Numbered from the stretch's first letter, positions 25,341-38,164 are shown. The stretch is DNA of 64,000 bases from Octopus sinensis (GCF_006345805.1 NC_042998.1:164362001-164426000); one strand, 5' to 3'. Numbers and translations: made by a program. Notes: generated by a model not told the origin, from the letters alone.

Positions 25341-26749
25341 ATACACAACACACAAATGAAAGAGAAAATAAAAAAAGAATATTATAGACGAGTTAGATCA
25401 ATACTGAAAACAGAGCTCAATGCTAAAAACAAGATAATAGGTATCAACACTTTAGCCGTCCCAGTTATAAGTTACAGCTACAATATCCTTAACTGGACAC
25501 TAAATGAACTGACCAAAATAGATAGGAAAACAAGAAAAATAATGACAGAATCTAGGATGCATCACCCAAAATCTGACATAGAAAGGCTATATATACAACG
25601 TATAGATGGTGGTAGAGGCCTTATACAGCTGGAAAACTACTATAAAATAACCACCATAGGACTGCAAAAATATCTACTTCAGAAGGAAGGAAAACTGATA
25701 CAAATAGCGGCAAAACACGAGCAAAAGAAAAAACTGTTCTCAGTATTTAAGGAAGCTGACAAATAAAAACAAGAAATCATACCACCTAACAAATATGAAG
25801 AAGAAGAAGATGAAGAAACAACAAAAGCTATAAAACAAATGAAATCCAAACTAAAAATAGAACAGCAACGAACCATGATAAAACGATGGCAAGAAAAGCC
25901 CCTTCATGGCAAATACTGGACTAAACTAAATGCAAAAGAAATAGACAAAGAAAAATCCCAGCAATGGTTGAGAAGCTCAGGACTCAAAGCAGAGACAGAA
26001 GGATTCTTAATTGCAGCACAAGACCAAAGCCTCCCCACCAGAAATTACCAAAAACATGTAATGAAAAGAAATATAACAAGTAACTGCAGAATATGTGGAG
26101 ATGGACAAGAAACAATAAATCATATTATCTCTGGCTGCCCAGTCCTGGCTAAGAAGGAATATATTCACCGACACGACAGAGTTGGGACCTATATACACTG
26201 GAAACTATGCCAACATTATGAAATAACAACAGAAAAAGATGGTATAGGTACACACCAGAAAAGGTCACAGAAAACGAGAAAGCAACCATACTCTGGGATA
26301 TGCCAATACACACAGATAGAGAAATTAAGGCCAACAGACCAGATATAGTTGTCAGAGATCATGAAGAAAAAAATGTTTCCTAATTGATATATCAATACTA
26401 GCGGATGACAACGTTTCTCTAAAAGAAATGGAGAAACTTTCAAAATACAAAGACCTGGAAATAGAGGTAACTTGAATGTGGAATCTAAAAACAGAAACAA
26501 TTCCTATCATAATAGGTGTATTAGGCATGATAAAAAAATATTTAGACAAATGCATAACAAAAACACCAGAACTTACAAACACATATAACATACAGAAAAT
26601 TGCACTACTAGGCACTGCACACATCCTACGCAGAACACTTTCCATACAATAACCATCAGAGCATCACAACAAATCACAGCACATACCCAAGGCACACAGA
26701 GCTGCGCTCAGAAGTGAAGTGAAAGCACGCTATAAAAATAAAACTACTG
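25341..26749 (+). mobile_element. R4/Dong-clade non-LTR retrotransposon, 5'-truncated, in a (TAA)n microsatellite
   Basis: Thumb region (KEYYRRVRSILKTELNAKNK..HPKSDIERLY..GGRGL), CCHC (CRICGDGQETINHIISGC), RHD motif and restriction-like endonuclease (NRPDIVV..FLIDISI..KYKDL), with 2 stops and 1 frameshift. Flanked by (TAA)n on both sides. Confidence 0.92.
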
Positions 26750-26837
26750 AATAATAATAATAATAATAATAATGATAATAATAATGATGATAATAATAAA
26801 TAGTAGTAGTATAGTAGTAGTAGTAGTAGTAGTAGTA

Positions 26838-26866
<29 letters not shown>

Positions 26867-26868
<2 letters not shown>

Positions 26869-27330
26869 CGAGAATAGAAAGTGGCAGATAATTGACTTTA
26901 CAGTCCCAAATGTTGAAAACTGTCAATATGTGAGAGGCATAGAAAAAATAGCAAAGCACCAAGACCTAACCATTGAGTTATAGAGACAATGGAAAGCGAA
27001 GGTAAAATGCATCCCTGTAGTTATAGGTGCATCGGAAACTATTCCTAAAGATTTGAACAAATGGATAGAGGAAACTTTTATGAAAAATAAGAACTTGCTC
27101 AAGAAGTGTAAAGATCAAATAGGAATCTGGGTACAAACGGCAAAGGATATTTATGGATGTGGCTGGAATGAAGACGGTAAGGCTTTGAATATAAAGAGTG
27201 GTGGATTATTAATGTAGAGATAACCTTTATAGTTTATTGCAGCCCCAGAAAACAGTATTATTAAGGACTGCTAGAATATTTAGCAAGGTTCTTGGCATCT
27301 AAGGTTACTTGTTGTAGCCTGAAGGTAGGA
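26867..27330 (+). pseudogene. Second, older R4/Dong-like endonuclease 3' fragment
   Basis: WQIIDFTVP..EKIAKHQDL..W..KVKCIPVVIGA..QKTVLLRTARIFSKVLGI*, followed by (TAA)n/(CAA)n. Confidence 0.75.
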
Positions 27331-27439
27331 AATTTCCCCAACAATCTAATTCGTTGTGCGTATACGAAATAATAATAATAATAATAATAATAGTAATAAT
27401 AATGATAATGATAACAACAACAACAACAACAACAACAAC

Positions 27440-27478
<39 letters not shown>

Positions 27479-27911
27479 ATCATATTATTGGCAACGCTGA
27501 TGTCTCATTTTTCAGTTCAGTGTGAAAATCTTGAGGGAAAGGATACATTCAGTTTCATTTATTATTCAATCAGAATTTTTTGGTAAGTAGTACTTATATC
27601 CAACCCATATTTGCATATAGTATAAATAATCGTTCTAACTGTTCTATAACTGTCCTATACTTTGAAAGTAATTTTGCTCAGATATAGCATGCTCTAAAAG
27701 TTTGGTCCTAATATAAGGACCATGGTCACTAGAACTCCATTTTTACCGTTTTCTACAGATGTAGCGTAAAAGAGAAAACGGTTTGTAGAGGCAAACTTTT
27801 TATGCTGAAAACATTTTCTATATATAGACAACTGTGAAAATATATATATTTTTATTTGTTATTTTCTTTCTTTATTATTCTTATTTTAGTTTTATTTTCA
27901 GATACTCTCCC

Positions 27912-29515
27912 ATGGCTTACTACCGTTCAGTGAAGTCATTCTATTCAGTTCTTGATGCAGTAAATTATGCAGAAGAAAATGAGTCACCCAGTGATGAAAA
28001 CGTTATTGATAATGTTGACATTCCTTCACCAGTAAATGAAGAAGACTTTGATGATGAGATTTTAGATGATGAGAACAGAGATCCGAACAGGATGTGCCAG
28101 GAAGTGATAACGAAGAAGAACTAACACAACCAAAAGGAAAAAGAAAGAACTCAGATTTCTCTTGGGAAAAGACTGAGCCTAATTTTCAAAATTTGTATCA
28201 CCAAATACTGATGGATCAGATGATAGAATGAAATCAATGAAAGATAAAGTATTTGGCAAGAGCCCAGTTGAGATTTTTGAACTTTTCCTTGACGAGGAGT
28301 TACTAAGTGAAATTTGCAGAGAATCTGTCACTTATTCCACTCAGAAAAAATGTACTTGATTTTAGTTTGTCAACAATTGGAATCTTACTTTTTTTTTTTT
28401 TTTTAGGATAACACAAACTACCAAGTGAACGGCATTATTGGAGTATGTCTGACGACTTTGAAACTCCGATTTTTCGAAAAACAATGCCAAGAAACTGATT
28501 TATAAGCATCAAAAGGTTTCTTAATTTTATTGACATTGAAAATGCAGAAAACTAAAAAGATGATAAAGGATTCAAAGTTAGACCGCTAGCTGATGCTCTA
28601 AATCAGAAGTTCAAGCAGTTGGAATATTCTCTAAGAGACTGTCAGTAGATGAACAGATAGTAATATACTATGGAAGAAGCTCTCTAAAACAACTTATAAG
28701 AGGTAAGCCAATAATTTCAAGCAGTGGATGCTTTGTTGTACCACTAGTGGCTGTTATTTTAGAATGGATTTATATAAAGGAAAGCAAAAAAATCCTACTT
28801 CCAATACCAAGAACAATGACAGTCTCGATTTGAAAGTGGTTTTATCAATGACCAATCGCCCAGAGAATCCCAATGATCATGAAACTTATACTGATAACTT
28901 ATTCTCAAGTTATAACCTACTTGTACAAATGAAATCCTTAAGAATCAGAATCACCGGTACAGTACGTTCAAACAGAACATCCAGGTGGTGTCTCCTGAAG
29001 GACAAAAAAATCATTGAAAACTTATACTGATAACTTATTCTCAAGTTATAACCTACTTGTACAAATGAAATCCTTAAGAATCAGAATCACCGGTACAGTA
29101 CGTTCAAACAGAACATCCAGGGGGTGTCTCCTGAAGGACAAAAATATCATTGAAAACTTATACTGATAACTTATTCTCAAGTTATAACCTACTTGTACAA
29201 ATGAAATCCTTAAGAATCAGAATCACCGGTACAGTACGTTCAAACAGAACATCCAGGTGGTGTCTCCTGAAGGATAAAAAAATCATTGAAAAAAGAAAAT
29301 CGTGGGTCTTATGACTACAAATTTGAAGAAAAGGGAGAACATTTTTTTCTTCGAAACGGCATGACAACAGCGTTTTCACAATTACAAGCAATCATCAATC
29401 TGCCACCCCTGTTGGAAATGCTAAAAGATGGTCAACCAGTCATGGAAAGGAAGTATTTGTTCCTCAACCATTCCTCATATCCGAGTATAACGAATAAATA
29501 TATGGGAGGTGTGGT
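27912..29515 (+). pseudogene. piggyBac-family transposase pseudogene
   Basis: LPSERHYWS..MPRN..KRFL..DDKGFKVRPL..LSVDEQ..LKQLIRGKP..YTDNLFSS..TGTVRSNR..DNSV..YMGGV. Acidic N-terminus after the ATG at 27912. Multiple stops and shifts. Confidence 0.9.
28882..29292 (+). repeat. 136-bp tandem triplication inside the piggyBac ORF
   Basis: Units start at 28882, 29018 and 29154 and are near-identical. Confidence 0.95.
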
Positions 29516-31494
29516 GGAGCCGATATAAGTATTTACCACTCCCGCCTGACATTTCAAAGATAGCTTTGTTTTGATCCCTCTTTCGGTGGGAATGGCTACC
29601 TTGGTCGTCAGATCGTTCCACTTCTTTTCCATTTGGAGATCTGGGCTGAACTAGAACCCAACGACGCTGTTGGATGACATTGACCTACCACTCCGTGTAC
29701 AAAGCTGCAGGTCCAGTGACGTTCCCGCTTGATATTTCTTGTCATCGCTTCATAGTCTCTTAAAGCAGTGCCGGTCACCTCTATGTGCCTCATGTCCGAT
29801 GTTATGATGGTGATGTCATTTGTGTTTGTCATCACGGGTTTTTCGCATCCTAGTTCACGTGAAAAGTTCCTCAAAGTCTCTAGTTTTCGCTGTAGTGGCC
29901 CAAGAGTCAGTACATACAGAAAAAAACGAGAGGGAACAACCTTGACTAGACCAATCGCATGATACTGTATGACCCTGACCAGAAAGATCGCCTAAGTTCA
30001 CTGGGTGGCTTGCTGTCTTGTCAAAATGAACAATACTTCGTTGGAAATGATACACCTATCACTGTACCTTTCTAGAGTAAAGTAAGATAAGCTTAAATCA
30101 GTGTTTGAAAACGTTCATATCGATCAAGCTTTTTTTTTTTAACAGCAAGTCACAAGGAGATTAAGATTAAGAATTGTCACTGAAAGCTTTTTATATTTTG
30201 GTGTTTTAATTTCACATCAGCAGCGGCATTTCTTCTCATAAGAAATAGCAGACGATTAGGGGGAACTTTAAAACTGTCTTTTTATCATTAGAAATAAAAG
30301 CCCTAAAAAAACGCGATTCGAGAAAATCCCAGTTTTGTACACGAATTGGAATTCATGTCCTTATGCAATAGCTTCCAACTCCTGTGGACAATAAGTAGCA
30401 ACCTTTGTATCATCACAGACAGCTTTCCCGATTATTTTAATACTTGAGTGAATTAAAGCTCTTCTTAAAATCTTTCCGATCAAATTTTACGAGCAAGGAG
30501 AGACGTTACAGCAGAACTGCAGCGGAATCTTCCACTTTCCATGAATTGTCATTCAAACTTTTACTTTTCAGTTGAATGACAATTATATTTATCGATACGT
30601 AACGCCAAGTTTTATTATCGATCCACACTCAAGAGCAATTCCATTTCAAGTATCGCCTGGGATCTCTATAAAACGAAGTATCCGGGCTTTTAACGGAGCC
30701 GCAGCACTTGATCTAAATTTATCATTATTGCCATGTATTGATCACAGAGAAAATGTTAAAAGCTTTAATCTTTTTATAATATGATTGAATATTTCTCTCG
30801 AATAAAACCTTTATAAAAAATACATTTTAACGCCTAACATAACTCTCCTTTTATGAATCTTTTTCGCATTCTTTCTTTAACACCCACTTGATGGTTCTTT
30901 TCAGTCGTCTTTTAATATGGGTAATGTAGTATGCGATATAATAAATCAAACAGTAATAGAGGATAGAGAAAAAGAAAAAAAAATGTCCACACTAAATGGT
31001 AATACAGGAGAATCCGAAACAAGAGGTAAGTTGCTTTGCTTCAGATGATAAAACATAAGAAAATGAAATAAGTTGAGGAGTGAAGAGAGAGGAGGTTTGA
31101 TTAATGTAACATAATCCAAGTTGTTCCTCTTCGATTACTATCGCAAACAGCAGTAAGTTTCTTCAACCGAATACACGTCGTTGATTGGTTGAAGTTACCC
31201 AAATACGACAACTTTAACATGAAATAACTTCTAAAATAAGAAACTTTGGCAAAAATGTTCAGAATAAACCGTGTTCTACGTAAGAAATTCTACCAGCATT
31301 CGAAGTTTCAAACTGTTAAAAAAAATTTAATAAGGTTAAAGGCGATTGAATGACCGTGACAGAATTAAAACATTAAAATTATTCCAAGAAATAATTAATT
31401 CTGACACATGGATATCGTCCTGTAGTCTTATTTCTTTTCATTTTATTATTTTGAGGTACTTGAAATTTTGTATAAGCTAAATATTTAATCCTGT

Positions 31495-31770
31495 GTGGAG
31501 GCACATGTCCTAGTGATTAGAGCAGCGGATTCGCGGTCGAGGGATCGCAGATTCAAATCTTAGACCGGGCGATGTATGTGTTTATGTATGAGCGAAACAC
31601 CTAAGCTCCATGCGGATCCGACAGAAGGTAATGGCGAACTTCTTATGACTCTTAAGCCACAACTTTCTCTCACTTTTTCTTCCTGCATCTTGCAGCTCAC
31701 CTGCGACGGACTGGCGTCCCGTCCAGGTGAGGAACCTATACGCCAAAGAAACCAGGAAACCGGCTTGAGA
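31495..31770 (+). mobile_element. tRNA-derived SINE with cctgcgacggactggcgtcccgtccagg 3' block
   Basis: tRNA-like head (ctagtgattagagcagcgg..gattcaaatc). A related 3' block is at 45615-45650. Confidence 0.7.
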
Positions 31771-32954
31771 AGGAACAAACAACAAAACAACAAATATCTA
31801 ACCCTAGTCTTTTAAGTGAGAGGAAGTAAGATGCCGTGACTACATCAATTTCCGAAAGACAGTGGTTTTTTTAATGGAACCTGCCTGATGAAATTCAACC
31901 GGGAATCGAAACTGCATCGTGCTCATCAGGAGCTTTTTACACGATTGTTTACATATTAGAGTATACGTGAATGTTATTATGTGTGTATGGCATATATATA
32001 ACCATACTAGCGTTTCAACGTACACACGCACACACATACACGTGTGCTTCTTATATCTGCGTGTGATTATGTTTGAGTATTCGTATTTCTAGTGTGTATG
32101 TGTGGCTGTGTTTGTCCGAGAATGCGTTGAATATGTTGTAAATGGAGGTCCAGGATTGGAAAAAAAATGTATGCCTAAAAGTGATAGGTTTGTTTCAAAT
32201 GTTAATAAATCTGACACCTCTGGCCGTACTAGATAATCATTAAGAAGTGTACTATTTAATTGTTTATTTTCTGCTTCCTTGTTCCTTGTTTCTCTAGTTA
32301 TTTGTCCCCTTGCTATTCTGATTTATTAAATTAATTTTTGAATTCGCCATGTCTTTCATTTCTAACATTATTTCAGTTGTTTCCATGCTGGTGGCCTTTC
32401 AGTTTTTATTTGCGTAGTCTACCAGAGAAAAACAGAGGTGAATTCCAGCTACCACAAATCTCCTTCTGTCCAGGATTTCTTTATATATTTTTTTCTTCTT
32501 TTTCCATCATGCATCATTTTATATCCACTTCACTTCGCGTCACTTATGTCGCTAAAGTTTCTGAAAAAAGCTAATGAACATTGCACAACAATATCACTAT
32601 TCTTTCCGTATAAATCTCTGTGTCAATGATATAAATCAATATTTGCATCAATTTATTCTGCTTTATCAACGAATAAAACTGTCCTAGTTTGAATGTTCTC
32701 TCTCTCTTTCTTTCTCCACTCATGTTGTTCATTTATCTGGCAAGGAATGACAGCTTTTTCCAGATATTACAGCTCTTGGTGAATGTTCTTTTTATCTAAT
32801 CTTTTCATTATATACAAGAATTTGTTACACTCCTACGGGAAGATATTTTTGCTTAACTTCCGTAGTAATTTTACGATATTTCCATATAAAGATCATTGAG
32901 AGATATTAACCTGCCTCTTCGTGTATTACTCTGATGTTATGAGTCGATGACACT

Positions 32955-33330
32955 GGCAGAGTAGTTGGCACGTTGGACAAAATGCTTAGCAATAATGCAT
33001 CTGTCTTTACGTTTGGAGTTCAAATTTCACCGAGGTCGACTTTCCTTGTCATCCTTTCAGGGTCGATAAAATTAGTACCAGTTAAATATGTAATTGACAA
33101 GTTTCCTTCCTCAAACTTCAGGCCTTGTGCCCAATAGTAGAAAGGATTATAATACTATAAGGAGGCGAGCTGGCAGAATTATTAAGCACATGGGAGAAAA
33201 TGTTTCAGGCATTTCTTCTGGCTCTTTATGCTCTGAGTTCAAATACCACCGAGATTCACTTTGCCTTTCATCCTTTCATAAACTACAAGCAAAGTACTGA
33301 TGTTGCTGGCCTTGTACCAAATTCGAAACC
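32955..33330 (+). mobile_element. Two tandem decayed SINE family A copies
   Basis: Heads at about 32955 and 33161 with the gagttcaaat..gaggtcgac..tcatccttt body. Confidence 0.75.
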
Positions 33331-33624
33331 GGTATAATATAATATTATAATCAAGGAATGAATTACAAATAAAGAAAACTGAGGAATATGTAGTAGGGGA
33401 CTCAGCAAACGATGAGGAAAAGACAATTTGCAAATCTTCATCAAAAACTAATTCAATTGAGGATTATAATATTTAATGTAGTTTTCTCCAGATTTGAAAG
33501 CTTTTGGCCACAAAGTTGTTCACTCCATCCATATGACATGAGGTGATATAATTCGTATTTTCTCCTGAACTAGAAGTATTAAATGTAATTCTCGTGCTGG
33601 GAAGTTTTTATTATCACTTTTTAG

Positions 33625-33838
33625 AGGGCGAGCTGGCAGAATCGTTAGCACGCCAGGCGAAATGCTTAGCGGTATTTCGTCTGCCGCTACGTTGTGAGTT
33701 CAAATTCCGCCGAGGTCGACTTTGCCTTTCTTCCTTTCGGGGTCGATAAAATAAGTACCAGTTACGCACTGGAGTCGATGTAATCGACAATCCCCCTTCT
33801 CCAAATTTTCAGACCTTGTGCCTATTGTAGAAAAGAAT
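33625..33838 (+). mobile_element. SINE family A
   Basis: Full head, body and tail. Confidence 0.9.
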
Positions 33839-33840
33839 GT

Positions 33841-34074
33841 CATCAAAAAGCTTCCATGGCCAAGCCAGTCACAAGATATGAACCCTATTGAACACCTATG
33901 GGGTATAATGGACAGGACACTTCATAAGAAGTATCCTCAAAGCCAGATCTTTTGAGATCACTACATGAAACTTGGCAAAAAATTCTGCAAGAAAATATTC
34001 GTCATCTAATCAGTAGCATGCCTAATGGAATCCTTGCATCGAAAAATGCAAAGGGCATATCTACTAAATATTAA
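33841..34074 (+). pseudogene. Tc1-family transposase C-terminal fragment
   Basis: LPWPSQSQDMNPIEHLWGIM..ETWQKI..LISSMP..AKGISTKY* matches the Tc1 WPSQSPDLNPIEHLW motif. Confidence 0.85.
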
Positions 34075-34187
34075 ATATTCACATTGTAATAATTAATAAA
34101 TAATTTGAATGTATAATTTCAGATTTAAATAAATTTTAATGATTATAAGTGTTATGTGTGTGTGTGTGTGTGTGTGTGTATGGTGAA

Positions 34188-34768
34188 AGCGCATGGCCCA
34201 CTGGTTAGAGCGTCGGACTCACAATAATGAGGTAGTGAGTTCGATTCCTGGACTGGACTGTGTGTTGTGCTCTTGAACAAGACACTTTATTTCAGTTTGC
34301 TCCAGTTAACTCAGCTGTAGAAATGAGTTGCGATGTTGCTGATGCCAAGCTGTATCGGCCTTTGCCTTTCCCTTGGATAACATCAGTGGCGTGGATAGAG
34401 GAGGCTGGTATGCATGGGTGACTGCTGGTCTTCCATAAACAAACTTGCCGGGATTTGTGCCTCGGAGGGGAACTTTTTTAGGAGCAATCGCATGGTCATT
34501 TATGACCGAAGGGGGTCTTTACTCTATTAAGGCGGCGTGCTGGCAGACTCGTTAGCGCGCCGGGCGAAATGCTTAGCGGTATTTCGTCTGTCGTTACGTT
34601 CTGAGTTCAAATTCCGCCGAGGTCGACTTTACCTTTCATCCTTTCGGGGTCGATAAATAAAGTACCAGTTTCGCACTGGGTGGGGGGGTCGATGTAATCG
34701 ACTTAATTCCTTTGTCTGTCCTTGTTTGTCCCCTCTATATTTAGCTCCTTGTGGGCAATAAAAAAATA
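34188..34768 (+). mobile_element. SINE family C (34188-34523) immediately followed by SINE family A (34529-34768)
   Basis: Both match the other copies in the window. Confidence 0.88.
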
Positions 34769-34809
34769 TATATGGTGTGTACTTATATGTATGTTTATGA
34801 TGTAAAAGT

Positions 34810-35240
34810 CACGTTGGTTTACAATTTCAAATCGAGGTTTCGTTCCATCAGTGTGGCTGATTCCACACTTCTTTTTTTAATCCGCCGATTTGTATGAAAA
34901 GTCAACCAAAATGACGACTGGATGAAAGTTTGGTTAGATTTGTACTTCCGTTTGCATTTCACATGACAAAACTCGTTTCAAACTCTACGTTGAAATTTAC
35001 GTTGGCTGCGGCACAGGATGAACATCGGCAGACTCCACAGACAACTCCTTTAATCCCAACTTCTCAAGGGGGAAAAGAAACCATGGAGGATAGACTGAGA
35101 TTCAAAGATACTGCAAAAACAAATATGAAGTGGAAAGGAATTGATCATAATAAATAGGAAATCCATGCAAAACCCGACCAGTACGAAGAAAGCTTATCAA
35201 GTCATACCAAAGCCATGAACGGCCATCGTCGCGAAGACTG
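34810..35240 (+). pseudogene. RTE-clade LINE 3' fragment
   Basis: RMNIGRLHRQLL*SQLLKGKRNHGG.RLRFKDTAKTNMK..ID..*E resembles the RTE C-terminus. Confidence 0.7.
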
Positions 35241-35626
35241 ACTTCTAATTATGAATGATATCATATATAACAGATTCTACAAACCTCTAATTAAACATTG
35301 TAGAGACCATTTACATATCTGTTTCATTATAATTCTTTCAATAATAAGCACAAAAAGTAAAATTTGTTGGGTGGGGGACAGCTTAGTCGATTACATCGAC
35401 ACCAGTGGTAAGCTGGTACCTATATTATCGACTCCGAAAGGATACATTTATAACAACAATGAAAATCGAGGAAAGAATCGTGTTGACAGTGACTTTGAAG
35501 TTTCAGCCCACTAGCCTTCATCAAAGTGCCTAGCGGGTCGAAACTCTACATAAGTATTGAGCAATCTTTCAGATTGATAAAACCTTTTATTATAACTCGA
35601 CATAGGATTAACACCAATATAGATAA

Positions 35627-35695
<69 letters not shown>

Positions 35696-36334
35696 CAGAT
35701 AGACATATACACACACATAAACACACATACATATATATACCTAGAAACATACACATAACATACACACACACACAAACACACACATATATATATATATACA
35801 TATACACATGTGTGAATGAATATATAAATGCAAGCATGTATACATACTTACCTATATATATGCATATAAATATTTAATATCTATGAGTGTGTGTGTGTGT
35901 GTTTAATATATATATAGATATATATATATATATACACGTACACACATGTATATATATGTATGTGTATATATGTAAATGTATATGACTATATGTGTATGAG
36001 TGTGTATGTCTGACCTTATGAACAGTCATACGTACATACATTCACACATATACACGCATATGCACATAAGCAATGCATTTCTATTAGCCTGTGTTTCAGG
36101 CAATTACAATAACTGATCGAGTACATCAATACGCCTTTATATTGACTGTATGTTGAAATCTAATGTATTTCGTAATTATTGTTTTAAAAGCCATACCTAC
36201 AGGTTTCGTTGCAACCAGTTTTGCTTTGATAACAAAGGAATATTGCTTTCAGTCAAACGCTGAATACTGATGAACAAACCGAGTCAGGCTACATTAAGCC
36301 TTTAGCTATGCATTTATAATGCTGCTGCTTATCC

Positions 36335-36416
<82 letters not shown>

Positions 36417-36644
36417 TCAATATATGCATATGCACTTCTTTATGTGTACACGCATATAGATGGAACGCTCACACAGATGTGTATGTATATAATAATATAT
36501 GCTATGTGACATATATACATATATATATAGACACATGCATATTTAGATGTATATATATATATATATACATATGCATACGTATACACATCCATCCATACAT
36601 AAATACATATATATAATAAATCTCTTAGCGAGGTATAAACATTG

Positions 36645-36866
36645 TGAAGTATATTTACCACCTAAATGTGGCTAACCCTTAAGGGTTGATGCTACTGTAG
36701 CTTGCAGCCCCAGGGATATACTGTGCCCAATCAGTATTGCAAATACTGATAGGGTACAGAAAGTGTCTCAATAGCCAGCTGCAGGAGATGTTTCTTCCTG
36801 GGGATACAAGCTACAGTAGCATTAACCCTTAATGATTAGTCACATTTAGGTGGCAAATATACTTCA
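36645..36866. mobile_element. Foldback MITE (~220 bp) with ~70-bp TIRs and an internal hairpin
   Basis: tgaagtatatttaccacctaaatgtggctaa..gatgctactgtagcttg..cccagg pairs with the right end. Internal ATCAGTATT-GCA-AATACTGAT at 36730-36750. Confidence 0.85.
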
Positions 36867-37363
36867 TGATAAATATATATAATGAATATGGAGACTTGTG
36901 CATCCACAAAATTTACTTTATTGTTATATACAGCATATTGCAATAACCTACACGTGTTTCCACTGCTGTAACTATTCATTGATGCAGATGAAACTTTATG
37001 ATGTTATCGGTTCATTTGGCCTTTTAACAAATTATATGTAACAGTTCCTCGCGTTGTTTTTTCTTCTTTTACCTCCGTTTTTTTTTCATTTTGGTGTTGT
37101 GGGATTATATATATATATATATACAATTGTTCAGCATTAATCTATCTTTTCGTTGTATTTCACTTTCCTTACGTTGAAGGTAATGTTATTTCTTTTGTGG
37201 AAACAACTTCGGTGGCTATACCAGAATAAGGAGCTATTTCTATCACTAGAGTTAACCACTTAACGGTAACTCTCTTATATTTACGTATAAATTTGTATTG
37301 TCTCCCTGGTTTTTATGTGCTAGGCCACTTGGTGTTAAGCTGATGGTATTATTAAATTAATAT

Positions 37364-37596
37364 AAGGCGGTGAGCTGGCAGAAACGTTAGCACGCCGGGC
37401 GAAATGCTTAGCGGTATTTCGTCTGCGTTACGTTGTGAGTTCAAATTCCTCCGAGGTCGACTTTGCCTTTCATCCTTTCGGGGTCGATAAATTAAGTACC
37501 AGTTACGCACTGGGGTCGATGTAATCGACTTAATACCTATGTCTGTCCTTGTTTGTCCCCGTCTGTGTTTAGCCCCTTGTGGGTAATAAAGAAATA
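37364..37596 (+). mobile_element. SINE family A with long TSD (up to 19 bp)
   Basis: GGTATTATTAAATTAATAT at 37345-37363 and 37597-37615. The empty site is visible in the sister repeat near 38088. Confidence 0.93.
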
Positions 37597-37804
37597 GGTA
37601 TTATTAAATTAATATCTAATTTTTCACCCTCATCTATGAATTTATAAATTTAATATACTGCAGTAAATATTATATGCAGTGTTCGTTTCCACTAAGTCTT
37701 ACCATGCTTTTGGCGGGGAAGCTAAATCACAACTATGTATGCAATCGATTGGACCGCATGGGTATTTATCACCCGTTAGGGTCTAATAAATTGTATCGAA
37801 GTCA

Positions 37805-37882
37805 AATGCTGCTGATGACTTAAAGATAAATATATGAGTATAATTGCATATTATATTGATAAAGAAACAATTGTTCAGCATT
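37805..37882 (+). ncRNA. Type I hammerhead ribozyme motif
   Basis: Stem I AATGCTG/CAGCATT, core CTGATGA (37812-37818), long stem II, GAAA (37864-37867), palindromic stem III CAATTG, predicted GUU cleavage after 37875. Confidence 0.7.
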
Positions 37883-38130
37883 AATCTATCTTTTCGTTGT
37901 ATTTCACTTTCCTTACGTTGAAGCTAATGTTATTTCTTTTGTGGAAACAACTTCGGTGGCTATACCAGAATAAGGAGCTATTTCTAGCACTAGAGTTAAC
38001 CACTTAACGGTAACTCTCTTATATTTACGTATAAATCTGTATTGTCTCCTTGGTTTTTATGTGCTAGGCCACTTGGTGTTAAACTGATGGTATTATTAAA
38101 TTAATATCTAATTTTTCACCCTCATTTATG

Positions 38131-38164
<34 letters not shown>

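Larger units (their letters stand above)
37123..38130 (+). mobile_element. Hammerhead-bearing tandem repeat, ~492-bp monomer, 1.5 copies, first copy interrupted by a SINE
   Basis: Direct repeat starting at 37123 and 37867, flanked by (TA)n, with a hammerhead at the junction. Confidence 0.85.

Noticed and set aside
28882-29292. Regularly spaced repeats resembling a CRISPR array
   Set aside because: Whole-unit tandem duplication with no unique spacers, in a eukaryotic transposase context.
29530-30060. GC-richer block after the piggyBac, possibly coding
   Set aside because: No frame gives a recognisable motif. Probably an old repeat, but it cannot be classified from the sequence alone.
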